A stretch of DNA of 64,000 nucleotides. It comes from Treponemataceae bacterium (lineage in GTDB: Bacteria > Spirochaetota > Spirochaetia > Treponematales > Rectinemataceae). The position numbers were made by a program, and so were the translations under genes. Where the stretch lies: positions 96,001-160,000 of the forward strand of contig CAXXGJ010000025.1 of assembly GCA_963677895.2 (NCBI GenBank). Reading direction: 5' to 3'. This document shows positions 56,980 to 64,000 of the stretch, one piece after another. Under the pieces are notes generated by a model, which saw only the letters and a program-made list of their open reading frames with translations, ran no database searches and had not been told where the DNA came from. Each line of letters starts with the position of its first letter. The stretch's first letter is position 1.

Positions 56980-57935
56980 CAGCCGCCTCCTTTCGAATCA
57001 ACGGCGTTCGATACGCTGTCCCCGGAAAGCCCGGCCCATAGTTCGGCCATGAGCGCCGCGCTCGCCGCCGCTCCATTTCCCCCGCCCGCCGTTACGTTTC
57101 CGTCGCCCGCCGCCACGCCGTATTCGCCCGCCGCGTTTCCGCCGCCCGGCGCGAAAATCACCCTGAGCTTGGCCGCCTGGGCCGCGAGCGCCTCGAGCCG
57201 GGGCAGCCAAGAGGACAAATCGGTCCTGTCGTTGAGTTTCAGGTACACGAGGGAAGAGGTCACGACATCGATGGAAGGAGGCGATCCCGGCTTCCTTGGC
57301 ATGTCGAGAAGGCAAAGAGCCACGCCGCGCGCCTTCAGGCCCTCGATGACCCGCGCCGAATACCAGTCGGCGCCGTAGAAAGCCACGGCGAGGGGCAAGC
57401 CCGAAAGATCCTTCGTCACGCGGTCGAGATGCCGGCGCGCGGCGGCGCCGTAGGAGCAGGAAGCGGGAAATTCGATGAGGAGAGCGGCTATGGCTGCCTT
57501 GGCCCAGGGCGTCGCCATGAGACGGCGGCAATCGGCGACGGCTTTCGCATAGGCGGCTTCCCTGTCCGCCGCCGTTGCCGCGCCTTCCGCCGTCGGCCTT
57601 CCCTTCGCCAATCCGCCCTCCCCCAGCATTCCCTCGGCCGGCCCGATGAAGTCTTCGCCCAGGCGGAGACAAAGATCGGAGAAGCCTCGCGCCAAGGTCG
57701 GCGCGGACGCCAAGGCCGAAGCAGGCACCAAAGCCGAGGCGGGCGCCAAGGCACCTTTCGGAGCGGACTGCGGGGCTGGACCGGCAGGCGCCAGTGTCCA
57801 CGCCCAGGCCCCGAAAGGCAGCTCCACCGTCGTGAGACCCGGGACAGGCGACGCGCCTAACTCGCGGGGTCCATTCCCCGCGGGCGCGATGCCAAAGTGG
57901 ACATCGGGCGATATCATCCACCTGTCTCCGATCAT
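56979..57935 (-). CDS. Degenerate DUF72 (YecE-like TIM-barrel) protein
   Basis: TVEL, LLIEFPAS, PLAVAF...W, LCLLDMP, TS.LVYLKL, L.SW..RL, RVIF follow DUF72 block order; stop overlaps the imuB start. Confidence 0.7.
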   Translation of the reverse strand: MIGDRWMISPDVHFGIAPAGNGPRELGASPVPGLTTVELPFGAWAWTLAPAGPAPQSAPKGALAPASALVPASALASAPTLARGFSDLCLRLGEDFIGPAEGMLGEGGLAKGRPTAEGAATAADREAAYAKAVADCRRLMATPWAKAAIAALLIEFPASCSYGAAARRHLDRVTKDLSGLPLAVAFYGADWYSARVIEGLKARGVALCLLDMPRKPGSPPSIDVVTSSLVYLKLNDRTDLSSWLPRLEALAAQAAKLRVIFAPGGGNAAGEYGVAAGDGNVTAGGGNGAAASAALMAELWAGLSGDSVSNAVDSKGGG

Positions 57936-57941
57936 ACGTTA

Positions 57942-57971
57942 ATTATAACTATACATTTGTTAAGTATTCAA
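57942..57971 (-). promoter_or_regulatory. Mutagenesis-cassette promoter with a candidate LexA (SOS) box in the spacer
   Basis: Minus strand TTGAAT (57971-57966), 18 bp spacer, TATAAT (57947-57942); imperfect palindrome CTATACATTTGTTAAG (57949-57964). Confidence 0.72.
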
Positions 57972-58125
57972 GAGTAAAAAGCGGGCCTTTTATTGACCGA
58001 TATCCTGATACGTCGCTATGTAATTCTCACATCTATTGTTGACTGGTCCTAAAAACCATGTTACAAATAATTTATTATTACGATGTTTTTTTATTACTAG
58101 ACTTATACGACGTATGGGGGTGCCC

Positions 58126-59292
58126 ATGTATGACTTTGATTCGCTCCTCTCGAGAAGAGGAACTTCTTCCACCAAATGGGATGCCCTTTCCAGAGACTAC
58201 GGCAACGCCAACTTGCTCCCTTTTTGGGTCGCCGATATGGATTTCGAACTCCTGCCGGAACTAAACGAAGCATTGAGACAGCGCACCATCAATGCAACAT
58301 ATGGATATACCTTTGCCAGCGATTCATACTTCCATAGCATTGAAAAGTGGTATGCGGTGCGTCATGAGATGTCGATAAAGAAAGAAGAAATCGTCAACGT
58401 GCCCGGCGTGCTCACCGGGCTCAGCTTGGCGATAAGCGCCCTATGTGGAAAGAACGACAGAATCCTCATCAATACTCCCGCATACCCTCCTTTTTTATCG
58501 CTTGCAAAAAACAGCGATCTTGAGCTGGTTCACTCGCCCCTTCTCAAGAAAAAGGTAGGATATGAATTTGATTTTCAGGATATTGAAAAAAGGCTTAAGC
58601 AAGGAATACGTTGTCTCGTTTTATGTAGTCCTCATAATCCGGTAGGCCGCGTCTGGACTCGGAACGAGCTCGCCAGAATTGTGGAATTGTGCGATTCGTA
58701 TGGGACCTTCATCCTTTCGGACGAAATACATTGCGATCTTGTCTATCCAGGTCACCAGCACCTACCCTTGACAAGCATATCGGAACGCGCAAAACAAATT
58801 TCCCTTATCGCTTCCGCCCCGAGCAAGACATTCAATATTGCCGGCCTGAAAAACTCTTATCTGGTCATTCCGAATAGCGAGGTTCGCGAAAAGATAAAAG
58901 CGATGGTCGAGAAATATCATCTCTATACCAACCTTTTCGGGTTATTGGCAACCGAGATCGCCTACAGCCATGGCGACGAGTGGCTGGACGAACTATTGGC
59001 CTATCTCTGGAAGAACGCATGTTTTGTACGCGATTTTGTGGCGCACAGAAAACTAAAGATCAACGTGGAGCTGCCTGAAGCGACCTATCTGATGTGGATG
59101 GACTTCTCCAGATATGGCATGAGCCAAGAAGCGCTAATGGAAAGACTAAAAAACGTTGCCGGGGTCGCGCTGAACAACGGTCTTGATTTTGGGGACCAGT
59201 ATCTCGGGTATGCGCGATTGAATATCGGCACAACGAGGAAGTTACTCGAGGAAGGCATGAGGCGCATTGCCGATGCCTTCATTGACCTCTGA
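58126..59292 (+). CDS. MalY/PatB family PLP-dependent C-S lyase
   Basis: STKW, WVADMDF, YGY, CSPHNPVGRVW, SDEIH.DL, APSKTFNIAGL, ATYL.W.D. Confidence 0.92.
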   Translation: MYDFDSLLSRRGTSSTKWDALSRDYGNANLLPFWVADMDFELLPELNEALRQRTINATYGYTFASDSYFHSIEKWYAVRHEMSIKKEEIVNVPGVLTGLSLAISALCGKNDRILINTPAYPPFLSLAKNSDLELVHSPLLKKKVGYEFDFQDIEKRLKQGIRCLVLCSPHNPVGRVWTRNELARIVELCDSYGTFILSDEIHCDLVYPGHQHLPLTSISERAKQISLIASAPSKTFNIAGLKNSYLVIPNSEVREKIKAMVEKYHLYTNLFGLLATEIAYSHGDEWLDELLAYLWKNACFVRDFVAHRKLKINVELPEATYLMWMDFSRYGMSQEALMERLKNVAGVALNNGLDFGDQYLGYARLNIGTTRKLLEEGMRRIADAFIDL

Positions 59293-59333
59293 TATACATC
59301 GTTTGCAGATAATCACAGGATGGAGGTGAAACA

Positions 59334-60443
59334 ATGGATCGAAAAGCCATAGATCTCATTTTTCTTTCTGAAAAAGACATGATCGAATCCGGAGTGCAGG
59401 ATACGAAAAAATGCCTTGCCGTGATGGAAGAAACCTTTCGTTTACTTGGAGAAGGTGACTATCTCATGGGCGGACCGAATGGTAACAGCCATGGAAGTCT
59501 GCTATGGTTCCCCGAACAAAGCCCCTTCCCGAAGATGCCGATAGCGGGCCCTGACAGGCGATATATGGCAATGCCGGCATACCTAGGCGGACGATTCAAC
59601 ATGACCGGGGTAAAATGGTACGGATCAAACATCAAGAACCCGGAAAAGGGTTTGCCTCGTTCTGTACTGCTTGTCTGCCTCAATGATGCGGATACCGGCG
59701 AGCCTTTGGCCATAATGTCAGCGAATCTCCTCAGCGCCATGAGGACTGGCTGCGTGCCAGGAGTGGCCACGAAGTACCTCGCCCGAAAAAATGCGAAGAC
59801 GCTTGGGATAGTCGGATGTGGGGTGATGAACAAGGCCTGTTCCAAGGCGATCCTGGAAAACCTACCAGGGGGAGAAAAAGTCTATATTTACGATATAGTC
59901 CGACGAAACGCGGAAAAATTCGCTTCGGAACTATCAAAAGAATATGGTTTGGAAATGGTTATCGTCGAGAGCCTCGAGGCCGCGATCTCCGATTCGGATG
60001 TTGTCAGCATCGCGGCTTCAGGCTCGATTGCGGTCAAGGTAGAAAAGAATTGGCTGAAGAAAGGATGCTTATTCACGATAACCGGACATGTTGACCTGGA
60101 AGACAGCTGCTATATCGAAAACAAACTCATATTTGACGATTGGAAAATGCACAAAGCCTGGCTCGAAGAAGGCTTGATGCATGAAAAAGGAATTATAAGC
60201 ATTTCGAAATGGGTTCCTTCTTACCAGATACTGAAGTTATACGATGACGGACTATTGCCCGATGACAGAATGTTCAGCCTTGGGGATGTCGCCTTCGGCA
60301 AGGAACCGGGAAGAAAAAACGATGAAGAGATAATCATCTTCTCCGCGGGTGGGTTACCGGTTGAAGATGTCTCCTGGGGTTATTCCGTATACCAAGAAGC
60401 TTTGGCTAAGGGTTTGGGCCAAAAACTCGCGCTTTGGGGATAA
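59334..60443 (+). CDS. Ornithine cyclodeaminase/mu-crystallin family protein (tyramine oxidase subunit B-like)
   Basis: GDY.MGG...NSHG, DRRYMAMPAYLGGRF...GVKWYGSN, LSAMRTG, GCG, GGLPVED..W. Confidence 0.85.
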   Translation: MDRKAIDLIFLSEKDMIESGVQDTKKCLAVMEETFRLLGEGDYLMGGPNGNSHGSLLWFPEQSPFPKMPIAGPDRRYMAMPAYLGGRFNMTGVKWYGSNIKNPEKGLPRSVLLVCLNDADTGEPLAIMSANLLSAMRTGCVPGVATKYLARKNAKTLGIVGCGVMNKACSKAILENLPGGEKVYIYDIVRRNAEKFASELSKEYGLEMVIVESLEAAISDSDVVSIAASGSIAVKVEKNWLKKGCLFTITGHVDLEDSCYIENKLIFDDWKMHKAWLEEGLMHEKGIISISKWVPSYQILKLYDDGLLPDDRMFSLGDVAFGKEPGRKNDEEIIIFSAGGLPVEDVSWGYSVYQEALAKGLGQKLALWG

Positions 60444-60640
60444 ACAGCTTAAGAGTGACTGGCGATCCGAACAAGGAGGTCGGATATTAAAGAGTCGCGA
60501 CAGGATATCGGTCTACAAGATTTGTTTTCGCCGGGTAAGGATTTAAGGCAATCCAGACAACATAGATGTCGGGTTTCCTTTCACCATATATCACGGAAGT
60601 GAAGGATGGTGATTATTTTATCGCAAGGGGGAGGATAGCT

Positions 60641-62152
60641 ATGAAACTTGGAACAAAGTGGCTTGTGGTTCTATTGCTTTTCTGCATGACCTTTTCGCCG
60701 TTCGCTCAGGGCACGCAGGGTAAAAACCTGAAAGATACGGTGACGGTGGTCTTGAAAGGTGAGCCCAGTAACATCGACCCGCATGGCAATGGGGAACTTG
60801 TCGCATTTACAACGCAGATGCAGATTTACGACAACCTGCTAAAAAAAGACGCGAACGGCGCAATTGTGCCGGAGCTGGCGACCAAGTGGCAAGTAATCGA
60901 CAAACAGACCATCCGATTTTTCTTGAGAGAAGACGTATATTTCCATAATGGAGAAAAACTGACTGCTGAGGACGTCAGGTTTTCTATAGCGAGGGCAACC
61001 CAGAAACCTTCCAGTTCCGCCATATTCAAAGGATTCGATGGGGAGAAGACAAAGGTCGTCAATGATTATACGATTGATATTGTCACGAAAGGACCTTTTG
61101 CCGGCATCTACAATTATCTCTGTTCTTCTCGAGGTAATATTCTCAGCAAAAAAGCGGTTATGGAGATGGGGGATGCCAAATTCGGACGAAATCCAGTAGG
61201 CAGCGGCCCGTTCGTCTTTGACACCTGGAGAACCGGCACCGATATCAAGCTAGTCAGGAATGAAAAATATTGGGGCACAAAACCTGCTTTCTCCACCATG
61301 ATTCTCAAGTTTGTCCCCGAAACCGCTTCGAGAGCGATAGAAATAGAGAGCGGTAATGCCGATGTAATTTTCGATCCCGACCCCGCCGATATTCCCAGGC
61401 TGAGCAAGAACAAGAATCTCAAGGTCATATCCGGACCTAGCTATGCTAATAGCTACATAGTATTCAAAATGTCCGACCAGGTTTTTAGCGATATAAAGCT
61501 TAGGCAAGCTCTTTCCCTGGCCCTCAACAAGGCGGGCATTGTCCAAGCGATCTATGGTGAACTCGGAAAGCCTTCGCAGAGTGTTTTCGCCAGCACCATA
61601 TTTTCGTACAAACCGATGGGTGTAACAGAATACAATGTCGAAAAGGCTGCGGCGCTCATGAAGGAAGCTGGCTACAAGAATGGACTCGATGTCGTGCTTG
61701 CCACCCCGAATACGAAACAGCTTATGGATATCGCCGAAATCGCACAGAACATGTGGAAGAAAATTGGAGTAAACGCGACGATTAAAACGACGGCGATGGC
61801 GGAATTCCTTGCCGCGGGACGGCGCGGTGAAAACCAAATTGCTATTTCCGCCGCGAATTATACTACTGGGGATCCGGGACACGCTCTTGCCGATTTCGAT
61901 ACTCGAAGCGATGGATTCTTCAAGCCAATAGACAAGAAAATCGACGCTTATCTGGATCAGGGCGCTTCGACATTCGAGACGGAAGCAAGGAAGAAAGTCT
62001 ACCAGGAAGTCCAGCAATATATCTACAATCAGTACTATATGCTGCCAATCGCTGATACGAACGTCAATTACGTAACAACTAACAAAGTTGAGAATTTTTT
62101 CTGCGATCCGGGGAATTCGCCTTATCTCGGCGATATTAAAGTATATCAATAA
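60641..62152 (+). CDS. ABC substrate-binding protein, family 5 (peptide/nickel-type)
   Basis: Signal peptide; PELA..W, LREDVYFHNGEKLTAEDV.FS, PVGSGPF, LRQALSLA. Confidence 0.92.
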   Translation: MKLGTKWLVVLLLFCMTFSPFAQGTQGKNLKDTVTVVLKGEPSNIDPHGNGELVAFTTQMQIYDNLLKKDANGAIVPELATKWQVIDKQTIRFFLREDVYFHNGEKLTAEDVRFSIARATQKPSSSAIFKGFDGEKTKVVNDYTIDIVTKGPFAGIYNYLCSSRGNILSKKAVMEMGDAKFGRNPVGSGPFVFDTWRTGTDIKLVRNEKYWGTKPAFSTMILKFVPETASRAIEIESGNADVIFDPDPADIPRLSKNKNLKVISGPSYANSYIVFKMSDQVFSDIKLRQALSLALNKAGIVQAIYGELGKPSQSVFASTIFSYKPMGVTEYNVEKAAALMKEAGYKNGLDVVLATPNTKQLMDIAEIAQNMWKKIGVNATIKTTAMAEFLAAGRRGENQIAISAANYTTGDPGHALADFDTRSDGFFKPIDKKIDAYLDQGASTFETEARKKVYQEVQQYIYNQYYMLPIADTNVNYVTTNKVENFFCDPGNSPYLGDIKVYQ

Positions 62153-62169
62153 ATAGAACATCGACAGGT

Positions 62170-62205
62170 GATGGCTGACAGGAATGTACCCAGTCAGCCA
62201 TCTTT
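62170..62205 (+). terminator. Stem-loop after the SBP gene
   Basis: GATGGCTGAC (62170-62179) / GTCAGCCATC (62193-62202) then TTT. Confidence 0.55.
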
Positions 62206-62237
62206 ACGGTTACATAAAATTCCAAAGAGAGGTTCCC

Positions 62238-62984
62238 ATGGATGTTTTGATTATCGACCAGATGACTTGGCCCGAACTGAACGATGAAATGAAGAACATA
62301 AAGCTGGCGATCGTTCCGGTAGGATCTTGTGAGCAACATGGACCCAACACCACCTTCGCGACGGATACCGCGAGAGCGGCAGCCTATTCAAAACTGCTGG
62401 CAAAAAGGTTGGGAAACAAAGTAGTGGTATTCCCCGCAGTCAATTATGGCTTATCCCTTCACCATATGGATTTTCCAGGCACGGTGACATTACGTGTTGA
62501 GACTATGCTGCATCTCCTTGAAGATATTGCGGTCTCGATAAGCAAACATGGGATAAAGAAAATACTGTTCCTCAACGCTCACGGGGGGAATTTCCCGGCA
62601 CTCGACGGGGCGATCATCAAATTGAAACAAGAACATTCGATCGACGCATATTGGTCCGCAATAGGATCGGAGATATCCACTGGCGGGCTTGTTGGCCTTC
62701 CGAAACTAATCGGACATGCCTGCGAGGTGGAAACCTCCCAGACGCTGTATCTATGCCCAGAAATAGTAAGAAAAAACAGAGTCCCTTCCCAAATGCAAGA
62801 CAGTATGCTTACGCGCGATTCGTTCGTGAAGGGAAATGCCGCATGGAGCTGGAAATATGACGCATCGCTAAATGGCGCGCTTGGGGACGCGAGAAAAGCG
62901 ACTGCGGAAATTGGCAAGGAGATGACTGAGGCGTCCCTTGAATATATGGAAAAGATCGTGGATGAAATCATTGCCAGGAAATGA
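62238..62984 (+). CDS. Creatininase family amidohydrolase
   Basis: MTWPE, PVGSCEQHGP..TD, HHMDFPGT, NAHGGN, HACEVETS, G.LGD...AT.E.G. Confidence 0.92.
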   Translation: MDVLIIDQMTWPELNDEMKNIKLAIVPVGSCEQHGPNTTFATDTARAAAYSKLLAKRLGNKVVVFPAVNYGLSLHHMDFPGTVTLRVETMLHLLEDIAVSISKHGIKKILFLNAHGGNFPALDGAIIKLKQEHSIDAYWSAIGSEISTGGLVGLPKLIGHACEVETSQTLYLCPEIVRKNRVPSQMQDSMLTRDSFVKGNAAWSWKYDASLNGALGDARKATAEIGKEMTEASLEYMEKIVDEIIARK

Positions 62985-63114
62985 ACGACGGGTGTTCTGA
63001 TCAACAAGCTTGGAAAGCATTACGCGAAAACAGCCGATGAACGGAACACCGCTTCATTTTATATTAACCTATTTTCTCGATCGCACTAATCTCAATCAAA
63101 CATATTTTCGCTCA

Positions 63115-64000
63115 CTATAAACAGGGGGAATTTATCTCTTCGTAATAGTGACAGGCGACAAAATGGTTCCTCTCCACTTCCCTAAGTTCCGGTTGGCTTT
63201 TACCGCATGTTTCCTTTGCGTAGATGCATCTCGGAAAGAACCTGCATTTCTCTTCAGGGTTGATTGGTGACGAAATTTCTCCTTTTAAAATCACCCTCTT
63301 GATTTTATTTTTCATCACCTTAGGTCGGGGTATAGCGGAGAGCAATGCTTTTGTATATGGATGGTAATGTTTCCTGAACAATTCCTTTGATTCCGTTTTC
63401 TCAACAATCTTGCCGAGATACATAACCGCTATCTCATCGGAAATATGACGTACAACAGATAAGTCATGCGTTATAAAGAGGTACGTTAGCCCCAGTTCAG
63501 CCTGTAGGTCTTGCATCAGGTTCAGTATCTGCGCCCTGATGGAGACATCAAGGGATGACACCGGCTCATCGCACACAATAAACTTCGGATTTAAAGCGAG
63601 AGCTCTCGCGATACCGACACGCTGCCTTCTTCCTCCGTCAAGTTCATGTGGATACGCATTCACAAGACGTTGCGCGATTCCTACAGTCTCCAGAAGTTTG
63701 TTAACCCGCTTGTTCAAATCGGCGGAACTCTGGAATTTATTGTAAATGATCAAAGGCTCGCCAACAATTTCCCCGATAGTCATCCTTGGATTTATCGAGG
63801 AATATGGATCCTGGAAGATCATCTGCATATCTTGCCGGATAGTCTTTAGTTCGTTTTTCCCAATGTCAGAAATATCTTTGCCGTCAAACGTCATCGTTCC
63901 TGCGGTGGGTTCAAGCAGATGCAGTATCACTCTTCCTAGTGTCGACTTCCCGCATCCTGATTCTCCAACAACGCCGAGCGTTGTCCCTCGCGCCAATCCA
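63115..64000 (-). CDS. Oligopeptide/dipeptide ABC ATP-binding protein (5' end outside window)
   Basis: GESGCGKST, FQDPYSS, LDGGRRQR, CDEP, ITHDL, HPYT..LL, C-terminal Cys cluster. Confidence 0.92.
   Translation of the reverse strand, partial: GLARGTTLGVVGESGCGKSTLGRVILHLLEPTAGTMTFDGKDISDIGKNELKTIRQDMQMIFQDPYSSINPRMTIGEIVGEPLIIYNKFQSSADLNKRVNKLLETVGIAQRLVNAYPHELDGGRRQRVGIARALALNPKFIVCDEPVSSLDVSIRAQILNLMQDLQAELGLTYLFITHDLSVVRHISDEIAVMYLGKIVEKTESKELFRKHYHPYTKALLSAIPRPKVMKNKIKRVILKGEISSPINPEEKCRFFPRCIYAKETCGKSQPELREVERNHFVACHYYEEINSPCL

Overview
High-GC bacterial chromosomal window, most consistent with a fermentative anaerobe of the Spirochaetia (inferred from gene content, not proven). From left to right it holds: housekeeping and sugar genes (aminotransferase tail, nagB-like, phosphohexomutase, dual-specificity phosphatase, dlgD/yiaK); tRNA-Leu(CAG); a glnA-iorAB-ADP-forming acyl-CoA synthetase run; plsY with a FakA-FakB fusion; and two phosphoesterases. 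Next come an RpiR-controlled TRAP/sugar-acid operon and a large pectin-oligomer locus (IclR, kduI, kduD, kdgK, CE8, GH28, a 1.2-kaa hybrid regulator, an ABC importer, GH105). After that are a serine-hydrolase gene flanked by a duplicated GH105 gene tail, an ArsR-DsrE-TusA-DsrM-like-DsrK-like sulfur module, Rrf2-hcp, a DUF72-ImuB-DnaE2 mutagenesis cassette, and a lower-GC amino-acid catabolism block. The best candidates for undescribed systems are: (1) the DsrMK-like membrane complex paired with TusA/DsrE persulfide carriers under an ArsR sensor; (2) a hybrid two-component regulator whose kinase and receiver motifs are all degenerate; (3) a mutasome with a degenerate DUF72 protein in the ImuA slot, behind an SOS-like box and an apparently leaderless promoter. 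All family calls come from motif recognition by eye; no database searches were run.
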